Assembly (NCBI GenBank): GCA_016181175.1
Contig: JACOZV010000004.1
Location: 7,718-71,717, forward strand
Length of the DNA stretch: 64,000 nucleotides
Source of the DNA: Candidatus Yanofskybacteria bacterium
GTDB taxonomy: Bacteria > Patescibacteriota > Minisyncoccia > 2-02-FULL-40-12 > IGHO2-01-FULL-4-A
Reading direction: 5' to 3'
The notes under the pieces are model-generated. The model had not been told where the DNA came from and ran no database searches. It was given only the letters and a program-made list of their open reading frames with translations. Below are positions 18,295-28,822 of the stretch, one piece after another. Both the position numbers and the translations under genes were made by a program. Every line of letters starts with the position of its first letter. Within the stretch, counting starts at the first letter, position 1.

Positions 18295-18852
18295 ATGCAA
18301 TTAGACCATCGTGCTTTATTTTTAAAATCTGGCACAAGCGGGTTAAATGCGCCGGGCGGTAAATCATCTGGGCCGGTTTTTGAGTTTGGCCCCGGTTGGG
18401 GAAGCAAAATAAAAAAGTGGTTTAAAAAATATATTCTCGGCGGTCACTGCACGCTCTGTCGGGCAACGCGTTATGTTCTTCTTTTTGGTCTGGTACTTCT
18501 GGTATTTGGCGGACCACAATTGAAGTCGCTGCTGGACAGCAAAAAACAGCAAGCCCTAATAAGTGAAACGAGAATAACCGAAACGGCTCAATCCGGCGAC
18601 AGTAAAATCAAAATGGCCCGCCGCGCCCTTACGGGTTATCTTAACAAATTCACCGACACGACCGTTACAAACGGCCAGAGAGTTTTCATTGAAACAGTAT
18701 TGAGCCAAACAATAACTGACGAATTGAAACCTGGCGCTCAAATAGATTTTGATTTTAAAAGCGTTGAGACCCTTATAGAGCAGTCACGCTTACTCACTCC
18801 TTCCCAGCTCCAAAAATGGGAGGACTACGCCAAAAAGGTGAAGTTTTATTAA
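18295..18852 (+). CDS. Hypothetical membrane-anchored protein (185 aa)
   Basis: TM VLLFGLVLLVFGG; preceded by AT-rich region; start uncertain. Confidence 0.4.
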   Translation: MQLDHRALFLKSGTSGLNAPGGKSSGPVFEFGPGWGSKIKKWFKKYILGGHCTLCRATRYVLLFGLVLLVFGGPQLKSLLDSKKQQALISETRITETAQSGDSKIKMARRALTGYLNKFTDTTVTNGQRVFIETVLSQTITDELKPGAQIDFDFKSVETLIEQSRLLTPSQLQKWEDYAKKVKFY

Positions 18853-18856
18853 ATCA

Positions 18857-18879
18857 AAACCCGCCTTATGGCGGGTTTT
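18857..18879. terminator. Bidirectional terminator between convergent genes
   Basis: aaaaCCCGCCttatGGCGGGtttt. Confidence 0.65.
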
Positions 18880-18881
18880 GA

Positions 18882-19568
18882 TTACTCTTTTTTCTCTGAC
18901 GACACCGGTGCTTCTTCCGCAACTTCCTCTTCGGGTTTTTCTTTCTTAATAACCTCAACCTCCTCCGGCGCGGTCGTAACCGGTGTCTCAAGTTGAGCCT
19001 TGAGTTCTTCTTCGGAAATCGGTTCCTGTACCAAAGCCACTATAACTTCGGGTTCAACCTTCACCTCAAGTTTTTTTGAGATTGATAAATCTTTTACCAA
19101 AATTTGGCTTTTAAATTCCGCGAGTACAGAGATATCTACATCGATCTGGTGGGGCAAATCTTGCGGAAAACCCTCAACTTCTATTTCAGACAGGTTTTTC
19201 ACTAAAATTCCGCCCAAGCCCTTAACCGCTGGGGATTCACCTATAAAATTAAGCTGAATTTTTGCATGTATTTTTTCATCCAAACGCACTTTATAAAAAT
19301 CTGCGTGCAAAAAAATATCATTTAACGGGTCACGAACAACATCGTGAATAATAGTAGGATGATCCTGTCCATCAACATTGAGATAAATTACAGTGGATTC
19401 ACCGGCTTCAGTATAAACCCGCTCAAATTCATTAACTGGCACCTGAATTGATAGTGGCTTAAAACCGTGACCATAAACTACGGCCGGCACAAAACCGCGT
19501 CGTCTAAGCGACTTCACCTGCCTGCCAATAATACTTCTCGGTTCCGCTTGTAGTATAACTCTTTCCAT
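18882..19568 (-). CDS. rplY: 50S ribosomal protein L25 / general stress protein Ctc
   Basis: RGFVPAVVYGHGFKPLSIQV...beta-barrel plus acidic C-terminal tail typical of Ctc. Confidence 0.8.
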   Translation of the reverse strand: MERVILQAEPRSIIGRQVKSLRRRGFVPAVVYGHGFKPLSIQVPVNEFERVYTEAGESTVIYLNVDGQDHPTIIHDVVRDPLNDIFLHADFYKVRLDEKIHAKIQLNFIGESPAVKGLGGILVKNLSEIEVEGFPQDLPHQIDVDISVLAEFKSQILVKDLSISKKLEVKVEPEVIVALVQEPISEEELKAQLETPVTTAPEEVEVIKKEKPEEEVAEEAPVSSEKKE

Positions 19569-19779
19569 TTGTGACGGGACTTACACGCTTAACTTAAGAA
19601 GCCCGAAATCTTATGGGCTTTGCTTGAGTTAAGCCCTACGGGTTTGTCCAATTTCTTCGTTAAAACCTCCGCTTCTCGCTCACCATAGTTCTGCTATGAC
19701 TCGCTTCGATGCTCGGTTTTGCCTTGAACTTCGCCAACCGCGTAAGCCCAGAATTATTAACTTAACACGGAAAAAATAA

Positions 19780-21080
<1,301 letters not shown>

Positions 21081-21088
21081 GATTGAGT

Positions 21089-21274
21089 CTAGTTACCCTT
21101 CTTTCCCCAGACATACAGATATAAAATATCCAATACACCCAAAGTGTTAACTAATAACAGCACAACAAACCATCGCTTGTTGCGGTTTTGTGCCGCTCGC
21201 CAAAGGGCCCAACCTTTCCACGGCAAACTCCATATTGCCGCCACAACCATAATAACTAAAAATAATTTACTCAT
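21089..21274 (-). CDS. Small two-TM membrane protein (61 aa), hypothetical
   Basis: LFLVIMVVAAIWSLPWKGWALW...FVVLLLVNTLGVLDILYLYVW. Confidence 0.4.
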   Translation of the reverse strand: MSKLFLVIMVVAAIWSLPWKGWALWRAAQNRNKRWFVVLLLVNTLGVLDILYLYVWGKKGN

Positions 21275-21313
21275 ATGAAAAGTATACCACGTTTGTTAAA
21301 AATTAAACATTAA

Positions 21314-21946
21314 ATGTGCAACCGGGTCAACTGTTGGCAAGCCAGTAATGGCATGCTTAAATGCACACAACATGAATCCCGAACGAGACAGCCTTCGCCA
21401 ACAACAAGGAAGGGTTACAATGGCTATTTAATCGGGAATAATAAAGTTATTTTTAATAGGCACGGAAATGATTTACACAACAAATCATTTCCTGTCTCGT
21501 ACGGGATGAAACTCCTCGGCCGCGCCTACAAGCAAAAAAATGGCTGGACCTGCGGCCCAGCGGTAACCAAAATAATCCTGAATTATTCAGGCAAAACTTG
21601 CCTGGACACCAACTTGGCTAAAGAACTTAAAACCACACCGTCGGGAACTTCAAATAGTCAATTAGTTAAATTTCTAAAAAAGAAAGGTGTAAAATTTAGA
21701 GTAAGAGAGGGAGCGAGCCTAGACGCCCTGAAAAGGTTCTCAAAAAAAAGTTTGGTTCTAGTTACTTATTGGATTCCCAACCACAAAGAACATCATTACT
21801 CAATCGTAAAAAAAGTTTCCTCAAAAAGAATTTATTTCCACGACACCTGGTTCGGCGCCAACCACAGTTATACTATTGGACACTTCCGCAAAAATTGGTG
21901 GGATGATGAAGCTAAAAGCAGCTGGCTATTGGCTGTTAAAAAATAG
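21314..21946 (+). CDS. Papain-like cysteine peptidase (C39-like) domain protein
   Basis: Catalytic Cys context QKNGWTCGPAV and downstream His (EHHYSIVKK); real start may be internal (MKLLGRAYK). Confidence 0.45.
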   Translation: MCNRVNCWQASNGMLKCTQHESRTRQPSPTTRKGYNGYLIGNNKVIFNRHGNDLHNKSFPVSYGMKLLGRAYKQKNGWTCGPAVTKIILNYSGKTCLDTNLAKELKTTPSGTSNSQLVKFLKKKGVKFRVREGASLDALKRFSKKSLVLVTYWIPNHKEHHYSIVKKVSSKRIYFHDTWFGANHSYTIGHFRKNWWDDEAKSSWLLAVKK

Positions 21947-21975
21947 CCCAGACAAATCGTCTGGGCTATTTTTTA
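21938..21975. terminator. Bidirectional terminator
   Basis: aaaaaaTAGCCCAGAcaaatcgTCTGGGCTAtttttt. Confidence 0.65.
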
Positions 21976-22583
21976 TATTGGACAACTTTGCCGGCCTTAA
22001 TCTCTGTTGGGTCGGCACTGCGGAATGAGGCAATGGTTTTTTTGTCGGCAATTTTTTGGTGAAGACAGTCGCATAACGCCTCGGCAATATGCCAAGGGTC
22101 TTTTTCAGCGGTTATCCAGTCGCTACCGAATTTTCTCAAATCAAGCGGCCTGGAATATTCCCTCAAATTCTTCCGGCCGACATTATCAAAGTATTCGTGG
22201 AAATAGGACATCGCTAACTCACGAATGCTTTTATAAACCGGCTCACGATAACGCAAAACAGCGTGGTTGGTCTTGCTGATCGCGCCCCAGTAACCACCGC
22301 GCTTGAAAAGCGTAACTACATGATCAAAATCCCTGTCAGCCGCACTCAAATCTAAAAGCAACGGCCTCTCGCCATGAAACCAAAGCACCGCTGACGCAAA
22401 CATAGCCCCCTCAATACAGTGCGCCTTATTTTTACGGAGCATAACCCGGGGCGACATGCAGGTATCTTTTTTGTGATCAAAATTTATAGGAATCGCTTCC
22501 AGAAAATCTTGTATTTTTTGGGGCGTATTTAATTTCCTGAAAATTTTTAGTTCTTCTGGATTTAGGAAAGAAAAGTTATCCAT
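21966..22583 (-). CDS. Hypothetical protein, possible transglutaminase-like cysteine-protease fold
   Basis: KAHCIEGAMFASAVLWFHGERP...DFDHVV resembles the Cys-His-Asp arrangement of the transglutaminase-like superfamily; weak. Confidence 0.3.
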   Translation of the reverse strand: MDNFSFLNPEELKIFRKLNTPQKIQDFLEAIPINFDHKKDTCMSPRVMLRKNKAHCIEGAMFASAVLWFHGERPLLLDLSAADRDFDHVVTLFKRGGYWGAISKTNHAVLRYREPVYKSIRELAMSYFHEYFDNVGRKNLREYSRPLDLRKFGSDWITAEKDPWHIAEALCDCLHQKIADKKTIASFRSADPTEIKAGKVVQYKK

Positions 22584-22701
22584 AAAATAACAAATTGTGC
22601 TAATTTCATATTAAATATAGCACAAACAAAATAGGATTGACCAACAATAAAAAATAATTTATTCTTTCGTGATAGATAACGCACATTTAAAAGGAGTTTA
22701 G

Positions 22702-23817
22702 ATGATAAAACAAGAAATCGAACGGCGTTTTTTGGTTAAAAAAATTAACCTGCCGCTAATGCTTTCCTGCGAAGACGGCTGTAAAAAAATACAGCAGGGA
22801 TACCTTGAACTGCCCGAACAGACAAAATCATTTAGGGTAAGATTGGCCAGTGAAGGAAAGTCAATTTTGGCAACAGCGACAATCAAAACCGGCTCGGGGT
22901 TGGTGCGCGAGGAAGGCCAGTTTAAAATAGATCGCCTTTTTGCGGAACACCTGCTAATGGCATGCCATCATCATCTTACAAAAACTAGGCATAAGGTTAA
23001 CGGCTGGGAAGTTGATTTTTATGATGAACCTTTGAAAGGAATTATTATCGCGGAAAAAGAATTGGCATCCGCAGACGAAAAAGTAGAACTGCCGCCATGG
23101 ATTATGGAAGCTACCGAGGTAACCGACAAGTTATCAAATTTACATCTTGCCAGACTAGCAAGTGAGTTGCGTGGCATTAACGGCCAAATTGCCTTGAATC
23201 ACACGAGAGAACTGCAAAAAGATATTTGCCGAATGGCCATAATTGGTCCCCCTTGTTCTGGTAAAAGTAGCATCTTGGAAATATTTAAAAAAAAGAGACC
23301 TGAAATATATTTTATTCCAGAAACGGCTTCAATGGTAATCCATCAACTTGGCATAAAACCAAGTGGCGATAGGGTCGCTAACCGCAGATTTCAGCTGACG
23401 GTATATCAAACTCAAAAAAATTTTGAAACGCTATCAATTCAATTCGCCAAATTAGAAAACAAAAAAGCAATTGCAGTAGATCGTGGCACACTGGATAACG
23501 CGGCGTATCTCAATGGCGGCTTGAAAGAATTTTTGAGTTTTTTCAAAACAAGCGTGGAACAAGAATATGCCCGATACGACGCCGTCATATATCTAGGTCC
23601 GCCACCAAAGCATATATTTGAAAAGGACCGCTTAAAAAATCCTGCCCGCTACGAAAAAAATTACGAAGAAATAGCACAAAGACACCGCGAGCTGTTCCGA
23701 TTGTGGAGCAAACACCCTGCATTTTTTTACATAGGATCCAAACTAAACTGGGAAGAAAAAGTTGATGAAGTTCGCTCGATAATAAAAAATATTTTAAGTA
23801 AAGGGGGGAGACAATGA
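22702..23817 (+). CDS. CYTH domain / P-loop NTPase (AAA_28/NadR-like) fusion protein
   Basis: N-terminal EIERRFLVKK...E.K CYTH signature; Walker A GPPCSGKSS and Walker B-like IAVDRGTLD downstream. Confidence 0.55.
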   Translation: MIKQEIERRFLVKKINLPLMLSCEDGCKKIQQGYLELPEQTKSFRVRLASEGKSILATATIKTGSGLVREEGQFKIDRLFAEHLLMACHHHLTKTRHKVNGWEVDFYDEPLKGIIIAEKELASADEKVELPPWIMEATEVTDKLSNLHLARLASELRGINGQIALNHTRELQKDICRMAIIGPPCSGKSSILEIFKKKRPEIYFIPETASMVIHQLGIKPSGDRVANRRFQLTVYQTQKNFETLSIQFAKLENKKAIAVDRGTLDNAAYLNGGLKEFLSFFKTSVEQEYARYDAVIYLGPPPKHIFEKDRLKNPARYEKNYEEIAQRHRELFRLWSKHPAFFYIGSKLNWEEKVDEVRSIIKNILSKGGRQ

Positions 23818-24551
23818 AGTCCGGCATTCCAAACCATATTGCTATCATACCGGACGGCAACCGGCGCTGGGCAAAATCTAAAGGACGGCCATCAGTAATG
23901 GGTCACCTGGAAGGTAAAAAACGATTTCACGAAATCAGCAAAATTGCGTTTAATCTCGGCATCCCCTATTTCACGTTTTGGGCAATGTCCGAAGACAACT
24001 ATAGAAAAAGGTGTGCCACTGAAATAGATTATTTGGTTTCTTTGCTAAAGAAAGGTCTAAACGGCCGCTTAACAAAAGACCTGTTTGAAAAACAAATCAG
24101 GTTCAAGGTTTTTGGCAAATGGAAAGAACTTACCGCCACCAGAGTTTTGGCTGATTTAATCAAGAACCTTGAGATGCGGACTGCAAATTTTGACAAACAC
24201 CACCTTACTCTCCTGTTGGGATACGACGGGAAACAAGAATTAGTCGAAGCTTTTCAAATCCAAGCGAAAATGAGAAATTGGCAACCACAAAACGCATGGC
24301 AACCTGGAGAATTAGATTTTCAAAAAATTAAGGCAACACTTTGGACGAGAGAACTGCCACCGGTAGATCTTGTTATCAGGACCGGCGAAACAAAAGAACA
24401 TTGGTTTCACAACAGTTCGGGTTTTATGATGTTGCACACCACCGATTCGGAAATTTATATATCACCCACCCTCTGGCCAGATTTTTCTGAAGAAGAGTTT
24501 AAAAAAATAATTGAAGAGTACGGCCAGCGAGAAAGAAAATTAGGAAAATAA
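23814..24551 (+). CDS. uppS: Undecaprenyl diphosphate synthase (cis-prenyltransferase)
   Basis: HIAIIPDGNRRWAK...GH..G motif; 4-nt overlap with upstream gene. Confidence 0.8.
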   Translation: MKSGIPNHIAIIPDGNRRWAKSKGRPSVMGHLEGKKRFHEISKIAFNLGIPYFTFWAMSEDNYRKRCATEIDYLVSLLKKGLNGRLTKDLFEKQIRFKVFGKWKELTATRVLADLIKNLEMRTANFDKHHLTLLLGYDGKQELVEAFQIQAKMRNWQPQNAWQPGELDFQKIKATLWTRELPPVDLVIRTGETKEHWFHNSSGFMMLHTTDSEIYISPTLWPDFSEEEFKKIIEEYGQRERKLGK

Positions 24552-24575
24552 AAGCGCGAGAAACGCGCTTTTTGT
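24550..24575. terminator. Terminator after uppS
   Basis: aaaaGCGCGagaaaCGCGCttttt. Confidence 0.65.
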
Positions 24576-24588
24576 TTAGGCATAATAG

Positions 24589-25065
24589 TTAGCCAAGCCA
24601 GAAACGTAATTTTGGAAATTTGGAACAAATTGGCAACCTTGAACACCAATTTTCCAGACCCCAAACACGACCCGCCCGGATTGTAGCAAGAAATAGCAAC
24701 ACCGAAATATAAATTATATGCTCATCTACTATGAACGAATGGGCATTGGGGTACGGGAATTGCAAAATCGGAAAATAATATAGGAGCATAAGCACTGCCC
24801 CCAGAACCGAACTCAACCTAACAAAGATTCCAAAAATAAGAGCTAGGCCCAACAGCGTAAGACCCCACTCGTTCACAAGATTAGTAAACGGTAAAATATC
24901 GGGTCGTAAAAACCAATTATAAAACCCAGTAAAAGTTTTGGCATTGCCAAGATAGCCAGCCGCCGACCATGTCGGGTCAACAACCTTTATGATCCCGGCG
25001 TAAAACATAAGCCAACCCATTGAAATGCGAAGCAAAAATAAACAAATTTTTTGAAATTTATTCAT
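24589..25065 (-). CDS. DoxX family membrane protein
   Basis: LLRISMGWLMFYAGIIKV and four TM helices typical of DoxX. Confidence 0.6.
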   Translation of the reverse strand: MNKFQKICLFLLRISMGWLMFYAGIIKVVDPTWSAAGYLGNAKTFTGFYNWFLRPDILPFTNLVNEWGLTLLGLALIFGIFVRLSSVLGAVLMLLYYFPILQFPYPNAHSFIVDEHIIYISVLLFLATIRAGRVWGLENWCSRLPICSKFPKLRFWLG

Positions 25066-25834
25066 AAAACAATAAAAGAAAAAATATTAAGGCCGCTATA
25101 ACACGATAAATGCCGAACCCGATAAATGAATGGCGCTGTATCAAATTAAGCAGGAATTTTACACCTAGTAAAGCGGCGAAAAAGGAAATAACAAACCCTG
25201 CCGCCAACAAATGGAATTGGCTGGCTGAAAATCCGCCGGCATTCTTAAAAAGGTCGTAGCCAGTTGCGGCGGCCATGGTCGGAACAGCCAAAACAAAAGA
25301 AAATTCAACTATAGCTACGCGTTTTATCCCGGCAAACATCCCCCCTATTATAGTTGCCGCCGCCCGCGATACGCCGGGTATAACCGCCAACGATTGCGCG
25401 CAACCCACCATGAATGCTTGGGTATAAGTAATGTCTTTCATACTAGCGGCTGAAGTTTCTTTTTCTTTAAACAACAGTTCAAAAATTATTAAAATAATAC
25501 CACCCGCAAACAAGGAAATAATAATTACGAACAAACTTTCAAATAAAACTCCTTTGATTGTTTTATACAGCAAAAAACCTACCACGGCCGTCGGCAAAAA
25601 GGCCACTAATGTTTTTTTGCCTATTCCCGGGTTTATTACCAACCGCCACGCGTAAAGAAATACAACGGCCAATATCGCCCCCAGCTGAATAGCAATTGTG
25701 AAACTTTTCATAAACTCCGATCCGCCCAATTGAAACAACCGGGACGCTAAAATAAGATGGGCCGTTGATGAGATCGGCAAAAACTCCGTAAATCCCTCCA
25801 GAATCCCTAAAATAAAAAGCTGTATTATATCCAT
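25058..25834 (-). CDS. uppP: Undecaprenyl-diphosphatase
   Basis: GILEGFTEFLPISSTAHLIL motif of UppP/BacA. Confidence 0.8.
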   Translation of the reverse strand: MDIIQLFILGILEGFTEFLPISSTAHLILASRLFQLGGSEFMKSFTIAIQLGAILAVVFLYAWRLVINPGIGKKTLVAFLPTAVVGFLLYKTIKGVLFESLFVIIISLFAGGIILIIFELLFKEKETSAASMKDITYTQAFMVGCAQSLAVIPGVSRAAATIIGGMFAGIKRVAIVEFSFVLAVPTMAAATGYDLFKNAGGFSASQFHLLAAGFVISFFAALLGVKFLLNLIQRHSFIGFGIYRVIAALIFFLLLFYE

Positions 25835-25850
25835 ATCATTGAGACTGTTT

Positions 25851-26192
25851 TTAACTCCACAAATAATGCCAAATGAAAAATAAAAACACAACCGAGAATC
25901 CGGCCAACGCGGTAATAATTAAAAATATCAGTCCCCCACGAATGGTATTGGGGTTTGCGCCCTTGGGCAATAAATAAAATATAGCCAATCCCCCGAAATA
26001 AACTATTAACGACAGCGCACTTTTGGTCAGCCAGTGGTGGCCTGTAAAACCGGCAAGCCAAGTCTTAAACGAAGGCGACAACTCACCCCAAATTGTAACT
26101 GCGGTGATAACAACAATAGAAAGAGCGGCGGCTATTGAAGATGAATAAGTTAGTTTAACCTTGTTCATAATATAACGACTTGCGATGTCCAA
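25851..26192 (-). CDS. Hypothetical polytopic membrane protein (113 aa)
   Basis: Three predicted TM helices. Confidence 0.4.
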   Translation of the reverse strand: MDIASRYIMNKVKLTYSSSIAAALSIVVITAVTIWGELSPSFKTWLAGFTGHHWLTKSALSLIVYFGGLAIFYLLPKGANPNTIRGGLIFLIITALAGFSVVFLFFIWHYLWS

Positions 26193-26229
26193 ATATTAAA
26201 ACCCAATATGAGGACATCGCAAGTCGTGT

Positions 26230-26742
26230 CTAGCCCCAGCGAACGGCGGCGGATATAATAAATCCCATCGCGCCGATGGCTAATCCCAGAAAAGCAATAA
26301 ATCCGGCTAATAACATAGCCGTTTTGCGTAGCTTGAATTTTTCAAATTCTTCTTTATCTACAAACGCCAAAATCATTGCCGTTATTGCTAGTGGCAAAAT
26401 AAACAAAAAAATATGCTCTTTGGCTTCCATCGCGATAGCATGTGCCCAAGGCGCCGTTCCCTTTAGAATTACCGGCTTCACCATCTTGCCGTAATTAACA
26501 ACATAGTAATAACCGCCGAGTAGCCAGGTTAAAGCAAAACCGATTACGCCGATTATGGAAGCCCATTTAATTCTGGCATGATTTTGCGACTTGCCGGCTT
26601 GTCCAGCTCCAGTTTGGGACTGTCCAAACTGGAGCTGGACCAACTCCCCTAAGTACCACAAAAAAGCGTCTATGCCGGCAATTGCAAAAGCAAGGTGTAA
26701 TCCCACCAATACAGGTTTATATGTTAAAAATGAAAGTATCAT
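26230..26742 (-). CDS. Hypothetical polytopic membrane protein (170 aa)
   Basis: Multiple TM helices; contains an in-frame 17-bp perfect inverted repeat. Confidence 0.45.
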   Translation of the reverse strand: MILSFLTYKPVLVGLHLAFAIAGIDAFLWYLGELVQLQFGQSQTGAGQAGKSQNHARIKWASIIGVIGFALTWLLGGYYYVVNYGKMVKPVILKGTAPWAHAIAMEAKEHIFLFILPLAITAMILAFVDKEEFEKFKLRKTAMLLAGFIAFLGLAIGAMGFIISAAVRWG

Positions 26743-26779
26743 TTTTTTATTATATCACATTAAACCAAGTTTATAGACG

Positions 26780-28609
26780 TTATGCGGCGCTATTTAAATA
26801 ATCAACTTCCATACGAGCACCGGAAATAATCGGCAGATAAGCCGCCAGTTGGCGTTTAAGGTATTCGATTTTTTTAGCTTTATCGTCCAGTAGATCAGCG
26901 GCATGGCGCATTTGCCCATAAAGCGATTCGACTTCTTCATTAAAATTTTGACCGCTGATTTCTAAAAATGATTCCTCCTTTTCTGTTTTGGCCTGTTCGG
27001 CAAGCACCTCCAGATCGGCCGCTCCTCCATCGGGAGTAGAGATCAGGATTGTATTGCCAAGAATATCCTTCTCCCATGAAGTGCCGCAGGCTTCGGTGCT
27101 AATACGTTCTCCCCTTCTCTCCCCTTCTTCAATTCTTACACGCGGCGTATTGAGCGCGACATCAGCTCCCTGCGCCAGAGCTTTTGCCAATACCTCGTTA
27201 TAATTTTTAACAAAGTGCACGCGTTTTTTAAGAATCGGATTGGCATCAATAACTTTAAAAATTCTTTTCAATTCCTCCTGCATCGGCTTGTCGGCCGAAT
27301 GCGCTTCTCCAGCCATTACCAGATAGGCATCTCGTTCTTCAAGAATACCAGCAAGTTCATCAGGACGTTCAAAAACCATACCTGGCCGTTTGTATTCCGC
27401 AATTCTTCGCTTCCAATCATATATTTTTGCCTCTTGCGGCACCACGACGGGCTCACCATATTGGTTTTTGTGTTTTTTTAAAACATCTCTCGCGATGGTG
27501 CGATCGCGTTCTTTTATTTCTTCCAATTTTTGAGCATCCATGGATTGTATTTTTTCCTTAAAATCGTCCAATACAAGATCAAATTCGTCAATAATGCCAT
27601 GCTCTCGATAATATGCAAGAAGTTCCCGATCTCCCCAGCGATCAAGCGCAATTCCATTAGTAATACCCTCAAATTCCACATTATTGCCGTGGATATCTTT
27701 GTATGTCTTGCCGGCTTCGCGTGCGTGAATCAAACTGACTCCATTCTTTTTGCCGGCAAGTTCTATCGCAAGAGTACTTAACTTGACCCTACCATCTCTA
27801 AATAATCCGCGAAGCCACTTTTTAACAGTGTCGCTTTGTATATTTGGCATTACAAAACGATCAAACTGATCAAGCGTAAATTCAGCTTCAGCGGCCTGTA
27901 CTAAAGTATGGTTAGTATAAATTGTGCCATCTTTTACGGCTCGCAATGCCTGCTCAAAATCGCCAACTACACGAACCTTCTCATCAAGGCACGCAAGAGC
28001 TGAAAAAACCGTAGCCGACTCATTGAGTTGCCGCACCGTTGGCTCCATTCCCATTTTCCTCATCGCCTGCCAACCGCCAAAACCCAATGATATTTCTTGA
28101 TAAAGACGGTGATCGCTATTGTTTTCACCCTGATAAAGCGCACCGAAGTTTTTCTCCGTGATTGTGAGTAATGTAACGCAACCCTCTTGTTTTTGGTATA
28201 CGCCCAATTCCGTAAAATCAGGTCTTCCACCCGCGACCTCTCTTACCGTAACTGACCAACCCGTAGGCTTAAATCCGCGTTTTTCCGGTTTTACGTTCGT
28301 TAGCTTGATTCTCTGTTCAAATTTCTTAAATCCCTGCGCTCTTTCTTTGGTATAAAAGGGGGTAATAAAAACAGCCGGAACTTGCTCTTTCTTTTTTACC
28401 TCAAGTGTGTCCGCCGCTAGAATTCCCAAACCTCCGCCGCCCCTTATACCGCTTCCGTAAAGTTCCATTGTAAAATAAGCCCATGGCGTTTCGGGGGTTA
28501 ACTTTTCTTTCAACTCCGGCCTGCCAATCCGTTCAAAAAACGACAGTCTTTTTTCACTTTCAATTTTCGTTTCCGGCTTTATCTCTGATTTTGGTTGTTC
28601 CAAAGACAT
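26780..28609 (-). CDS. Alpha-glucan phosphorylase-like (GT35 family) protein
   Basis: N-terminal AYFTMELYGSGIRGGGGLGILAADTL resembles the YFSMEF..GGLGILAGDHLK motif of alpha-glucan phosphorylases; protein shorter than typical. Confidence 0.4.
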   Translation of the reverse strand: MSLEQPKSEIKPETKIESEKRLSFFERIGRPELKEKLTPETPWAYFTMELYGSGIRGGGGLGILAADTLEVKKKEQVPAVFITPFYTKERAQGFKKFEQRIKLTNVKPEKRGFKPTGWSVTVREVAGGRPDFTELGVYQKQEGCVTLLTITEKNFGALYQGENNSDHRLYQEISLGFGGWQAMRKMGMEPTVRQLNESATVFSALACLDEKVRVVGDFEQALRAVKDGTIYTNHTLVQAAEAEFTLDQFDRFVMPNIQSDTVKKWLRGLFRDGRVKLSTLAIELAGKKNGVSLIHAREAGKTYKDIHGNNVEFEGITNGIALDRWGDRELLAYYREHGIIDEFDLVLDDFKEKIQSMDAQKLEEIKERDRTIARDVLKKHKNQYGEPVVVPQEAKIYDWKRRIAEYKRPGMVFERPDELAGILEERDAYLVMAGEAHSADKPMQEELKRIFKVIDANPILKKRVHFVKNYNEVLAKALAQGADVALNTPRVRIEEGERRGERISTEACGTSWEKDILGNTILISTPDGGAADLEVLAEQAKTEKEESFLEISGQNFNEEVESLYGQMRHAADLLDDKAKKIEYLKRQLAAYLPIISGARMEVDYLNSAA

Positions 28610-28776
28610 ACTCCAATTCTATCACTCATTCTTCTTTATTTTCAAACCCCGTTAGAAGTAACTACTGCGTAGCTTTACACATAAGTTAAAACTGTTTTCA
28701 GCAAACTTTTTAAGTTATTTGATAGTTATTGAATACAAACCCGCTAGGGCTACTTCTAATGGGGTCAAACCCAAAT

Positions 28777-28806
28777 TAAAAACCCACCAATTGGTGGGTA
28801 AAAAAT
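28777..28806. terminator. Terminator downstream of nrdJ
   Basis: aaaaACCCACCAattgGTGGGTaaaaaa. Confidence 0.6.
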
Positions 28807-28822
28807 AAAAAATTAAATAATC

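Noticed and set aside
25825-26061. 78-aa ORF overlapping the uppP N-terminus and next membrane gene
   Set aside because: Out-of-frame overlap with two better-supported membrane-protein ORFs.
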